Below, in pieces: positions 38,790-50,836 of a stretch of DNA of 64,000 bases. The notes under the pieces are model-generated. The model was not told where the DNA came from, searched no databases, and saw only the letters and a program-made list of their open reading frames with translations. The number at the start of each line of letters is the position of its first letter. Positions within the stretch are counted from its first letter, which is position 1. The position numbers and the translations under genes are program-made. The stretch is from Camelus dromedarius. Its lineage: Eukaryota. The DNA lies in contig NC_087437.1 in NCBI RefSeq assembly GCF_036321535.1, positions 27,344,001 to 27,408,000 on the forward strand. Direction: 5' to 3'.

Positions 38790-39720
38790 CTCAAGGAACC
38801 TTCACTCCACTGTCACCACCCACCATGGTCACAAATCCCAAATTTCCCTCTTTGCCTCAGCCACTCTCTTCCCAATATCTTTAACTCCTTTCACATTTTT
38901 CTTCCCCTCGACTCATCTGGAAAGCCCTCTACCTTGTTTGAGTCTAGTTTTCCGCCTCTTCTGCCTTCCTGCCCAGAGAGCTGATGCCGCTGAATAAAAT
39001 CCCCCCTCCCCAAGCCCCCCAGTCCCCACCACTGGGGCCACTGTTTCACCAGAGTCCTGCTGGGTTTTATTAGTCACCTCTCCTGCACTCTGCTCTCCTC
39101 AAACCTCTGACTCTGTGCCCCCCCACCCCAGCAGTGCACCCCCAAGCTCACAGAGCATCCTCCATGGAAGCACTGAACCACTTTCCATCAAAGGCAGTCC
39201 CTTCACAGATGCTCTCTTCCCTCTCCTCCCGCTGTCTGCAGCGTCCTTCCTCTGTAGCTACGAATATTGCTTCTCTATAGGTTCCTCCCTGTTAGCACAG
39301 AGCCTGCTCTCCTATCCTCACTCTCACCTTCCTGCTCTGTCCTCTCTCCTTACCTTCACAGATAAGCTTCCTGAAAGAGTGCCCTCCCCTGCCTCACCCC
39401 CCACTCCTCTGCCCACTGATATCTGCCTTCACTGTGTGCGTGAAACCGTTCTCACTGAGATCACCAATGGCCTACTTGTTGAGTCCCATAGATACTTTCC
39501 ATTTCTTATCTTACCTACCCCTCAGGACCGTTCCACAGTGCTGGCCACTTCCTCCCTTTGAAACAATCTATCCCCTGGAGTTCAGTGACTTCTTACCCTT
39601 CTGGTTTTCCTTTCACCTCTCTGGCTATACCTTTTTGTCTCCACGTAGCATTTTTCTTTAAATGTTTCTTGAGTTCTTTTTGCCTTAAGCATCTTATGTA
39701 TCTCTCTATACACACGCCCA
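38790..39720 (+). mobile_element. LINE-2 internal remnant
   Basis: 'tgaaaccgttctcactgagatcaccaatggcctactt', 'cacttcctccctttgaaaca', 'ttctggttttcctttcacctctctggct'. Confidence 0.6.
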
Positions 39721-41094
39721 GAGCAATCTTATGCACTGCTGTACCTTCAAGGAATCTTTTATCGGATGGTTCCTGACTCTCCCCAGGAAGAGCCTTGGGT
39801 TCCCTGGGCTCTGATCACACCCAATAGCCTTCTGCACGTGTTCTGGCTTTCCCCATCTTCAAAAGAGAGATGTCCTGAACATCTCAGCCTCCTGGTGGTT
39901 TTAGTTCTCAGTCAAATTAACAAATTGGCCATCTGGTTTGTGTTTGTGAGTCTCTTGACAATTGAAACAATGTGAGTCTAACCCCAAAGGCTTCACCACC
40001 TCTGGAATGAGATAACCATACTGCCTGACATGGAAAGACTTAAACAAGATGGTGTTTGCAAAGTGTCCGTTATGCCTCAGGGAATCTCAGTGGGTGGGAT
40101 GTGGAGCAACCAGACCCCTCTCCCTGTGCTAAAATGTCCTTTGGGAGAGAGATGAGGCTGGGGTAAGAGTACTGAATTCATATCGACGTGTTGCATAAAT
40201 TTTAATTCATCTCCAATGCATTTTTAAAGCATTGATTTTTTTTGAAAAACATACTTGGTATAATTGTATTTTATAGTTTTTGTTTTGTTTTGTTTTGTTT
40301 TTGAGGAGGAGAGCATAGAGAATAGCAAAGTAGTGCAGCAGCCTCTGAGTCCTAACAGCAAGCTTCAGTGGCTGCTGCCTCTGCCTGCTAACCACTGCTC
40401 CTGGGAGCACTCTTTGGAGTTAGAAGTAATTTTCCAAAGGGTCTAGAACACATTTAAGGATCCTGGACAGAAATACTCATTGAATCATAATGTTTATGTG
40501 TCTTCTGACAACAAGAAACAACCTCACATCAACAGTGATGTCATTTTTATGTCATCCATCTCTTCGAAATATTAGGGAACATGTTCAAAGATGAAGAGTA
40601 AAGAACAAGACCTCTTTGCATAGTTAATAACCTTTTTTTTCCTGAGCATCCTGATGTGTAAAATTTATAGCACCCTTAAGTATCTAACTCTCCGCACGGA
40701 TCATGGGAATGTTATTATTTCAAACTGTTGCCAAAATTATTTCTAAGATATTCTCCAAGATCTTAAGGAACCCTTCAAAACGCATGCTGGGCCCATCTTT
40801 CACTGCATTTTTTGCATAGGAGCACAAATCTGCTTAAAACATCACACACATTCTGGCCATGTCACTTTGAGCCCTTATCTTTGTTTTTCACAGAGCAAGC
40901 TAGCAATCAAAGAGGACTAACTTCACTCTGTTAGGAGAGCATGGAACCCATCCTTGGTGGTTCCCATCCTGCAACTCTGTGCAAAGTGTATGTGAAGATA
41001 AGCTATCAATTTATTCCTATTTTTGTTATTCAACTGGCAGCCCATACTCTGAAATCAAATGAGCTGAGGGCAAAAGACAGAAGTGCGCGTGCGA

Positions 41095-41120
41095 ACACAC
41101 ACACACACACACACACACAC
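41095..41120. repeat. (AC)n microsatellite preceded by GTGCGCGTGCG
   Basis: Directly visible. Confidence 0.95.
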
Positions 41121-41979
41121 GCTCTCTCTTTCTCACAGGAGGACAACTAATCCCACGTCTTTTCTTGGGTTTACTGTTGTTGAATACCCCCCAAATGTTG
41201 TGTTAGTGGTCATATCCAAGTGCCTTATTTCAAGCTGTACCTGTTAAATAGAGGCGGGTGAGAACTGCTGAGGGATGATGGCTACCAGTTACTCCAGGAG
41301 GCATAGACTCAGATAAAGATGATCCCTACAGGCAATTCAAAAGTGAACCTGAGCACATTTAGTATCCTGTGTATAGGAAGTTGAACGGAGATAACAAAAG
41401 GTCAAGAGGCCTCTAAGAGTTCACCAACTTGGTCAGTTCTGGAAATTCATCATTATCTCTGAGGCATGAAGCCAGTATTGGATCCCTCCAATATGACCCA
41501 CATTTTGTGATCTTACTGACTCAAGGAACCAACGTGTGATCATAGGAAACAGATATGTGGTCCAATAATTAAGATGCACCATAATAAGGACTCCAAGAGA
41601 GGTGAGTGCAAGGTGCGATTGAGGGAGAGTGGACAGAAGTGAGTGGTGTGAGTAGAGAGGCAGCTGGTGGAACATGATGAGTACCTGATTAACATTTGTC
41701 CCAAGAAATGTATGTTGTATGAAGTCTAACTGGGCTTTACAGGATGAATAGGAGTTGGCTGGACAGAGAAGAGGAGAAAGTGCACTCAGAGGGAAGGAAG
41801 TGGTTCAAGAAAAGGCTATTTGATGTGCAAGCTTGCATGATTCTGAGAGATGATGGAGACAAAGTCCCAGAATTGTGGAGGTGGAAGGAGCTTAGATATT
41901 ACCTAATCGCACCCTGTGATTTTACATGAGGACCAGGGAGGATGAAGAGATTGCTCAACTTTGGAGGAGCTGGGATTCT

Positions 41980-42432
41980 AAATCTTAGGCTGAAAAGTAG
42001 TAAATAAGTAGAAAGAATCAAGCATTTATCCTGCTTTTACTATACAAACCAAACCTCAGGCGTATCTTTTGACCAATTGCAATATATAGATCTTGGTTAG
42101 ATCCTGATTTGAGCAAAGTATAAAGAAAAAAGCAGAGCAATTTGACTCTGACTTTAATATTTGATGGTATTAAAAGTTTATTAAATTTTTGGAGTGATAC
42201 TGATGTTTGGTTGTATTTACAAGCAAGAGTTTCATATCTTCAAAATATTTAAAGATGAAATGATATCATATCTGGTATTTGCTTCAAATAATCCAGTGTG
42301 AGACAAGAAGGGGAAATTTAGGCGAAACAAGTTTGGCCCTGAGTTGATAACTGCTAAAGCCGAGTACATAGGAGTTTATCAGGCTTTCTCTACTTTTGTG
42401 TATGTTTAAAATTCCCATGATAAAATGTTAAA
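41980..42432 (+). mobile_element. L1 (L1MC-like) 3'UTR
   Basis: 'aatcaagcatttatcctgc', 'gatgaaatgatatcatatctggtatttgcttcaaataatcc', 'tctacttttgtgtatgtttaaaatt'. Confidence 0.7.
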
Positions 42433-42599
42433 CAAACCAGCAAACAAAAGCCTGCCTGACCAATCAGTTGGTCTGAGGGTCAGGACTGGAGTCTCATCTT
42501 ATTCCTACTGCTTTTGCCTCTAGAACTGACTACTGAGCTTTATATTTATAACTAAAATAGTTGGATCTTAAGTATTTTTATTTACTTAAGTAATAATGA

Positions 42600-42965
42600 T
42601 GAACAAGGTCCTACTGTATAGCACAGGGAACTATATTCAATACCTTGTAATAGCCTGTAGTGAAAAAGAATATGAAAAGGGAGGGAGGGTATAGCTCAAG
42701 TGGTAGAGCGCATGCTTAGCATACACAAGGTTCTGGGTTCAATCCCCAGTACCTCCTCTAAAACAAACAAACAAACCTAATTACCTCCCCCACAAAATTA
42801 AATAAATGAAAGTTTTAAAAAGAACATGAAAAGGAATATATATATGTATAACTGAATCACTATGCTGTATACCAAGAGATTAATACAACATTGTAAACTA
42901 TACTTCAGTTTAAAAATAAAATATAATTGTATATCCCCCAAAATTAAATAAATAAATAAAAAGAA
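42600..42965 (+). mobile_element. Lineage-specific L1 3' end interrupted by a SINE
   Basis: 'aacaaggtcctactgtatagcacagggaactatattcaa' ... 'tataactgaatcactatgctgta..tatacttcagtttaaaaa'. Confidence 0.85.
42681..42816 (+). mobile_element. tRNA-Ala-derived SINE (Vic-1-like) nested in L1
   Basis: 18-bp TSD AAAAAGAA(T/C)ATGAAAAGG at 42663-42680 and 42817-42834; A/B boxes present. Confidence 0.9.
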
Positions 42966-42969
42966 AAGG

Positions 42970-43155
42970 CTAATAAATAAAATTGACAAGTCACAAATGA
43001 GACTGATCAAGAAAAAGAAAAGCTATAAGTAAGAATATGAGGAATGAAAAGGGGACATCCCTATATCTGTTTCAGATAACTAACAGAGAATGAGGATATT
43101 ATGAGCTTCTTTCTGTATATATATTTGATGATTTATATTAAATGGACACATTCCC
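42970..43155 (+). mobile_element. Old L1 ORF2 fragment
   Basis: 'aataaaattgacaag..agactgatcaagaaaaag..aggaatgaaaaggggacatc..aaatggacacattcc' (NKID..RLIKKK..NEKGDI..MD-F region). Confidence 0.65.
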
Positions 43156-43184
43156 AGCTTTAAAAAAAAACAGAAGAATGATGA

Positions 43185-43410
43185 AAGAATAGCTAACACT
43201 AAGAATATTCACAGACTTCAGAATGCTTCTGAGTACTTGGCACATACCAACTTATTTAATCCTCACAACAACCCTATGAGATAGTTCATTATTATTATTC
43301 CCATTCTACAGATTAGAAAAATGAGTAATTCACCTAAGGTCTCAGAGGTAGAAAATGGCTAGTAAATGTCTGGTTCCAGAGTCTACACACTTAATCAGTA
43401 TGCAGTGTGC
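43185..43410 (-). mobile_element. MIR SINE
   Basis: 'tttaatcctcacaacaaccctatgagatag..attcccattctacagattagaaaa'. Confidence 0.8.
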
Positions 43411-44024
43411 TGCTCAATGATAGTAGAGGGAAAAAAATTATGTAGAGGAAAAAAATCTCATTGGCTTTAGTTACATGTTTCATCACTCATCTATTACTGC
43501 ATAACTAACCACCCCCAAACCTAGTGGCTTAAAACAACTACCTACTGCAGCTCACAAGTCTGTGGGTTGGCTGGGCATTTCTGTGCTTCACCTGAACTAT
43601 TCATAGGCTGCATTCAGCCACATGGGGCTGTGCTCTGCTGGGATGGCTAGTTTTTGTCTCCATGGCAGACGCTGACAATCTCAGGGGGAGAAAAAAAGAA
43701 AGCCAATCCTAGGAAGCTAGGAGGTCTATGAGAAGAGAGACCCTGTGGACTGTATTCTATACTTTTTAAAGTATTAATTTTAACTTTATCAAGTTAAAGT
43801 TGATAAAGTTTATCAATGTTTACATGAAAATAGCTTTTAAAAAGATAATTGTTTCTAAAAAGTTTATAATAAACCTTCAACCCCTCAGGCCTTCCTCTCC
43901 CCACTGGCCATCCAGCTCCCTGGAGGCAATTACATTCAACTCTGTTAGCCTTGCCTGTGGTTCCCCAACCCGTTTTCACATGGCCTCCTCTTGCCTGCCC
44001 ATCACCCTGATAGTATAATCATAT

Positions 44025-44672
44025 TGATGCAGGAAAAACAGACATGGGGCATGAGGAGGGCCGTGTCCCAGGTCTCGGTGAGTCCCTGGTACGTGCCCCG
44101 CCAGGTGTGGGGCCTTGGCTTCACGCAGGAAAGAATTCAAGAGTGAGCCACAGTTGGGTAAAGGTAGATTTATTTAGAGAGATACATACTGTATAGAGTG
44201 TAGGCTGTTTCAAAAGGCAAGAGAAAGGCAAGGAAAGAGGTGTGGGAGTTGGGTGCTCAGGTTAAAGTAAAAATAGGTACACACTCCATAGACAGAGTGC
44301 GGGCCGTCTCCAAAGGGGAGGGAGCGAGAAGGCAACCAGGCCTGGCAGCATTGCCAGTTTTTATGGGCTCAGTAGCTTCACACACCTACTGCCCTGGGGA
44401 AGGGGCTGGGATTCCCAGGAATTGGGCCACTTCCCACTCTTTGTTTGGCCTTTTGCAGTTAGCCTTGGGACTGTTATGGCGCCTGTGGGCATGTTATTTA
44501 TCATGCTAATATGTTACAATGAGCATATAATGAAGCTCAAGGTCTACTAGAGGTCAAACCTCCCGCCATCCTAATCCTCAAGGCTAACTGGGAGTTGAAT
44601 CTTCCACCATTTTGGTGTTAATTTTGGTCATTTCTTGAATGTCTGTGCCCTGCCCCCTTCCCTCTGGTCTTA
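44025..44672 (-). mobile_element. MER41-like ERV1 solo LTR
   Basis: 'gcaggaaagaattcaagagtgagcc', 'actgttatggcgcctgtggg..atgctaatatgttacaatgagcatataatga..agaggtca..cgccatc' resemble antisense MER41; 4-bp flanks ATAT/GTAT fit an ERV1 TSD. Confidence 0.75.
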
Positions 44673-44699
44673 GTATCTCCATTTGTGATTAAAGCCACA

Positions 44700-46390
44700 T
44701 GTAATGATTTTATTTGTATTGTTAGCTCTTGGGCCAAGTATTGTACTAAGATTGTACTTCCTTTCTTTAATTACTTTTTTCTCTAAAATATAAAAATTAC
44801 CTTATTTTTAAATTATTTTAGTTGTTTTTTTTTCAAAAATAGTTGATGTCTTCCTACACACTGTAACCGCTTTATAAGATCCCCCCTACTAGCTGTTTTC
44901 TACACAGTCAAATCTGTTGGAAAATTTCTCGTTCCTCTTCCCCTACTTTGTTTTGGTTTTGTTTTTTATTGGAGAAATTCTTCCAGAAGCCCTCTGTTCC
45001 GCTCTAGGTTGGACCAATAGCTCTCTGAGTCTGTTGCCTGGCTGTAGTCCAGGGGCCTCCCCTGCCAGTATCTTGGGAATTTTCTTTGCTTCTTTGTTGC
45101 ATTTTCTGTTTCCTCCATCCCTCCTTCTAGTTTATTTCCTCACTAAAAAGGGGTGTGTGTGGGGAGGAGGGGTGGTGGTGATCGTGATGGACTCTAATAA
45201 CACTCTGGGAAAGGGTGAAAAGAGTTTTTCGGTTTTAAAACGCTGTAAATCCCAAAATGTCTTATTCCATCTTGTATTTGATTGATAGTCTGGGTGCAGA
45301 GTTCTAGGTTGGAAACTGCTTTCACCTCAGTAATTTAAAGCCCCTGTGCTCCTCTGTCAGTTTCTCCTCCTGCACTTGAGAGGAACAATAATTCCCTGAT
45401 TCCTGACCTTTTGAATGTGGCTGAATTTTTTAAAAAATTCTGGTTTTCTGAAATTTCCCAATAATGTGCGTCAGTATAGGTCTTTGTTCGTTTGTTGTGC
45501 TGGGTACGTGGGTGGAGTTCTTGCCCTCAAGTCTAGAAAACTTGTACTCTTCTTGTGATAATATCCCCACCTTCCTTTTTTCTTTTTCTGGAACTCCTAT
45601 TATTCATCTTTAGTGTTTTATAGTGATCTTTGAACATTCCTATCTTCTCTTTCATTTTGCACCATTCTTTTTAACTATTTTCTGAGAGGTTTCCTAGACT
45701 TCATCTTTCAAACCATATGGTAATTTTTTCATTTCTATTAATATGTCTAATTTTAAAAGGTTCTTATTTTCTGATAACTCCTTTTTATGGCATGCCGTCC
45801 TTATTTTACGGAAGTAAGGGTTTCTTGTATCTCTCTGAGAATATTAATTATATTTGCTTTTGAGTTTTCTTCTGCTCCTTGAGTTTCCTCTCGGTTCCTT
45901 TTTTTTTTTTTTGCTTGGTTTGTTTTGGTCTTTGTACAAATGTCTGATGATCCTTAGCTCTCTGTTTTATATTAAAGAGTCAAACAGGATAAAGCTGACT
46001 GGAACCTCTTGTACATGAGAAGGGCATGACCACTGGCCAGCTTTCTATAGAGATGAGCTGGAATTTTCATTGGGGAATCCTAAATATCAGTAACTATAGT
46101 GTTTTTCACCCTCAGGTATGTTGAATTCCTGAGATTTTCTGAGATTTCATGAGACAAATTGGCTTGTTTCTCACCAGCACTCAGTTTGAATTTCCTCCTG
46201 TTTGTTAAGTGATTTACAATTCTTCCATCTACTTTCTCTACCTGTATATTGTGGTAGGAAAGATGTTTTCTAGTTTAGTTTAAAAAAATAGAGTCTGTGT
46301 TTCAGTTTATTATTCCTTTTATAGTTTGGGAGTGATTTTAAAGAGGAAGGAGGGGAGAAACATCTCTACTCTGCCACTCAGAACTGCAAT
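44700..46390 (-). mobile_element. Highly diverged L1M/HAL1-type region
   Basis: T-rich antisense L1-like text ('gttctaggttggaaa', 'ttctggaactcctattatt'). Low resolution. Confidence 0.4.
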
Positions 46391-46438
46391 TTAGAGAAAT
46401 GTTTGTGAATAGTATAAGATATGAAAGAGACTTTGGGG

Positions 46439-47040
46439 TATGGTAGGCAGAATTCTAAAGATGTCCTCCTAAGATTCTTGTTCTCTGTACATTCAGTCAA
46501 ACATTAATCTAAAGATTGCTGTGAAGTAATTTTGCAAATGGAATTAAGGCTACTAATTAGGGAGATTATCTTAGATTTTCTGGATGGACCCATTGTAATC
46601 ACCTGAGCCCTTAAAGTCGAGTCAGAGGGATGCAGCAGAAGAGAAAGAGAAATGAAGCAGAAGGAGAGATCAGAGAGATAGGGAAGCTTGAGAAGAACTT
46701 GATGATCAACTGTTGGCTTTGAAGACATAGGGACCCTGAGTCAAGGAATGCAGTCCACCTGGAGAAGCTGAGAACAACCCCATGTCAATAGCCAGCAGGG
46801 AAACAGGGCCCTCCTTCTGACAGCTCTGGAACTGAATGCTGCCAACTGGCTGAATGGGCCTGGAAGCTGATTGGCTCAGAGCTTCCTGATAGGATCCCAG
46901 GCCGGCTGACACCTTGATTTCAGCCTGGCTCCCAACAGAGTACTGCAGCCAAGCCTGCAGGGCTTTGGACTTTCAGATAATACATAGTGGCTTTAAAAAG
47001 TCACTAGATTTGCGGTAATTTGTTTTGGCAACAATAGACA
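46439..47040 (+). mobile_element. MaLR LTR (MLT1E-like)
   Basis: 'tggtaggcagaattctaaagatg', 'agggagattatc', 'gtaatcacctgagcccttaaa', 'gctgacaccttgatttcagcct', 'ggtaatttgttttggcaacaataga'. Confidence 0.8.
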
Positions 47041-47270
47041 GATGCAGGGAGATTGCTGCAGTGCGTGCGAAAGAGGCAGAAGGAGAGATGGGAAAAGTAG
47101 ACACTAGGAATGTCTGTTGTGCATTGTGAGTGGAGAACCACTTGGGTATTCCTGGGAAGACTTCACTTAACATGAAATAAGCCATAAAAACACTCGGCTC
47201 TGTGAATTTATCTTTGAGATGGGAAGATGGACATTATTACCAAAAAGACATAGTTACATTGTTGCAACGT

Positions 47271-47480
47271 GTGTTGGAGATTATTATGCTAACTGAATAG
47301 CCCTTCTCCCTGTTCCTGCCCTGTGTAGTCCCCTCCCACAGTGGCTGTGGGCCTGGCTATGTGACTTGATTTGGCCGGTGATAAACCAGTAGATGTGATA
47401 CATGCACAGACTGGAGGAGCACTTGTGCTTTGGGGTTTGCCTTGTTGAAATGCTGCTGACGCCCTGCGAGGAAGTCAGCT
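47271..47480 (+). mobile_element. MaLR LTR (MLT1F-like) fragment
   Basis: 'cccctcccaca..gggcctggctatgtgacttgatttggcc'. Confidence 0.55.
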
Positions 47481-48609
47481 GCTGGATAGATCGGGGGAAG
47501 GGGAGGCCTGAGGGGCTGCAGGTTGATTACAAACTCTTTAGAAATAACTGTCCTTTCATTCTATTTGCATGGAAACATTGATAAATTTAAAAGTTGATAT
47601 TTTAAAAAGCATGAAACCCAGTGCATGGGACCACTCCTCTCATTTGCCTCCCAACTCCCTGAGATTTTCAGCTCTGCCCCTTGTCACCATTATCATCACA
47701 AAAGACCCAGACTCCTCCTTCATAGACACAGCAGGGTGAGAAGGAAGATGGAGGACTTATCACACGCATATTAATTTCTCTTCTTTTATTCTGTCTCATA
47801 AGTAAAAAAATGATTCTCATTGTGGTTGAGTGAGTGGTTGTGGTTCACTTCTCCATGTCTAATTTCACAAATATGTGCTTCAATTAGCTTCTGCAAATGG
47901 AATCACCAAGTCCTCATTCAATTTTCTATTTTAGACGAACCATTAATCTGGAAAACAAATAAAAATTAATTAATTTTTAATGGCTAATGTATATTTTCTC
48001 AAAATGAGACTTATAACATTAATATAGCTTTAAATAGAAACTATAAGACCTCAAACTCTTGTTTTCTAACTGGGCCAATTCTTTCATGCAGCACATCTAA
48101 GCATCAAAGTCAAACCTAGGGAGAAGCATTCAAGGAGAGGATTTGTTTTTTGCACTTGTTGTCTTTTTGTTTTCATGGCTGAGAACAATCTAATCTTCCC
48201 CAAGTAGTTTGACTCTAGGACTACATCTTTTCCACCAGGCACTATTAATAGGAAGGAGCTGGACCAGGATTTCAGAAATCAAAGTACAATCAAACCTCAT
48301 TTAATGGGGATGTTCAGGGGATGAGCCATTCTGGTTAATTAAATTTTCTGGTTAACTAAAAATTAACCTGACACCCTTTGTTCAAATCTTTTCATAGAAA
48401 AATCTTTCTAAAATGCATTATCCCCTTTAATGCCTTAGGAAGTGTAGGGTGGTAAATGTAATTGAATCTTTGTTTGATGATTGAAGTCCTTGCAGTGCCC
48501 CAGAAAGATCATTATGAACATAAATACTCATTGTACTCTATGGTGGATGTAGCCAGTCTGGGAGATAGTGTTGAATGGATAATCAGCTCACGATATGATA
48601 TGAAAGGAA

Positions 48610-48630
48610 GTGTGTGTGTGTGTGTGTGTG
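48610..48630. repeat. (GT)n microsatellite
   Basis: Directly visible. Confidence 0.9.
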
Positions 48631-48847
48631 ATACATATCACTTGTATTCTATTTATATCTGTGGACCTTTGTATTTTTCTCCTGAAATCAGAAATAAAAA
48701 TAATCCTATTAATCAAGGGTCCCAGTTACTCGGTTTTAGTCAGAATTTTTTCCTGTATGATCATAATTAGATTTTTCAGGACCAACTTTAAAAGGATATG
48801 GGTGGCAGTCCAGTCAAGATGGCAGAGTAGTAGGACCACGAGCTTGC

Positions 48848-49317
48848 TGTTGTGGGACACAATGCAGTGGCTGGTCAGTGAGCCAGTGACAACGTGGGTT
48901 GGTAAAAGAATTTATCAGAGATAAAGTATGGGAATGGAAAGGAGTTTATTAGGGGTACGCTGCCATAGACAACAGCGGGCCGCACAGACGAGAGGTGCCT
49001 GTGTGAGCACCGAGGGCTGGTTGTTGGGGTCTTTTGTAAGGTCGAGTCACAAGGTGCCTGACCAGCTTGTGCACAACTGGTTGGTTGTCGGTGAGGTAAG
49101 AGGTGAAGGGACGGTGGGGTTTATTACTCTGAGAAGGTGGGCTGAAACAAGCCAGCCTGAGCTATTGTGAGATTAGGCGCTACCTAGGGCTATTAGTTTG
49201 TTAGAACAAACACGCTCAATAAAGAATATACTGTATCTGTTGAGGGATCACAGGCAGACATCTGAGAGGCCAGAAATGGGGGTTGTTCGACTTTGAAGGA
49301 CATCAGTTGGCCTAACA
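48848..49317 (-). mobile_element. Solo LTR inserted in the L1 5'UTR
   Basis: TG...CA ends; flanks CTTGC/TTCGC consistent with a decayed CTCGC TSD; minus-strand AATAAA near 48945. Confidence 0.7.
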
Positions 49318-49465
49318 TTCGCCTCTCCTCACAACTACAACAAAACCACAACTGACTACTAAACAACCATGTAAAAAAAAAAAAAAAAAGACTGGGACCT
49401 AGCAAAAAAGATCCTCTTCAACTGGAAACATAAAGAGGGAACCTCAGTGGGATGGTAGGAGGTGC

Positions 49466-49933
49466 TGTTACTGAAAAATTGACCTCTGCACCCCGAAAAG
49501 CCAATTCAAACTCAGAAGCAGAGTTTGGGGAGGATAGAAAAGAACAGCTTTATTGCTTTGCCCAGCAAAGGGAGTCACAGCAGGCTTGTGCCTTAGAGAC
49601 TGTGAGTCCGTCTTGGAATTAGTGTCCTGAGGTTTCATAGAAAAACTGGATGGAACCGAAAAGGTGGTAACAATTAGGGCATTTTACAGGGTGTTACATT
49701 CTCCTCTTCTTGATAAGAGCTTGCTGTTGTTATGGAGGAACTTAGGAGGGTCTACCCATTTTCTTGAGGTCCAGTCCATGAACTTCTTTCAAGACCTCTA
49801 GGGTGAAAAATGATAAGTCCATTCTAAGAAAAGAATGTACAGGGAAGGGAGCCTATTAGTCATAAGATCAATTTAGCTAGAAATGCAGGCCCGAACAACT
49901 CAATAGTCATCTTGTTAGTTTTCTACTCTTTCA
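49466..49933 (-). mobile_element. ERV1-type solo LTR inserted in the L1 5'UTR
   Basis: TGTTA...TTTCA ends (minus strand begins TGAAAGA); minus-strand AATAAA near 49550; related to the LTR at 37369; L1 text rejoins across it ('ggtaggaggtgc|..gcttgcgatataat'). Confidence 0.75.
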
Positions 49934-50836
49934 GGGTGTGCTTGCGATATAATTGGGCCCCGTGCCCTCTGGGTGGGTGACCCACAAGCTGAAGAATAAT
50001 TAAGCCACAGAGCCCTTTCCACAAGAGTAAGAGTGCTGAGCCCCACGTCAGGCTCCCCAGTCCAGGGTTCTGGCATTGGGAGGAGGAAACTCCAGAACAT
50101 CTGGTTTTGAAGCCCAGCGGGACTTAACACCAGGACCTCCAGGGGACTGGGGGAAACAGAGACCTCATTCTCTTGGAAAGTGCACACAGAATTTTGCATG
50201 CACCAGGGCCAAAGGCAGAGGCAGTGATTTCATAGGAACCTGGGCCAGAACTGCCTGCTGGTTTTGGAAAGTCTCCTGGGGAGGTTGGGGGTAGCTATGG
50301 CTCACCCAGGGGACATAAAAGCTGGTGGCGGACATTCTGGGAGTGTTAATCTACATGAGCTTTCCTGGAGGCTGACATCTTGAGTGGATCATTAGCACCA
50401 AGACCTAGCCCCACCCAACAGCCTGTAGGGAAGCCTCAGGCCAAACAACATACTGGGTGGGAACAAAGTCCCACCCATCAGCAGTCCTCCTGAGCCCCAG
50501 CTGCCTCTAGGCATGCTTCTAGGCACAATCCTAGCCACCAGAGGACCAGCTACACCTGTGGGCAGGCGCCATCTCCTCCTACCAGGAAATCTGCCTAAGC
50601 CTCTAGTCCAGCCTTATCCACCAGGGGGCAGTTACCAGGAAAAAAAAAAAAAAAAAATCCCAAAGCTTGTGGAAGGAGTCTACAAACACAGGCCAGACTC
50701 TACACTGGGACCAAATCGACTCTGGCCCTTGGGTGACAAGAGAGGACACATAGGATGTCTCCCACAGAGGGCCACCTCTCCAAGGTCAAGAAACATAACT
50801 AACCTACCTCAAAATACAGATGAAAATTTAGACAAA

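Noticed and set aside
48285..48760. Possible Tigger-like fossil (starts 'tacaatcaaacctc')
   Set aside because: Terminal inverted repeats are not convincing by eye; left uncalled.
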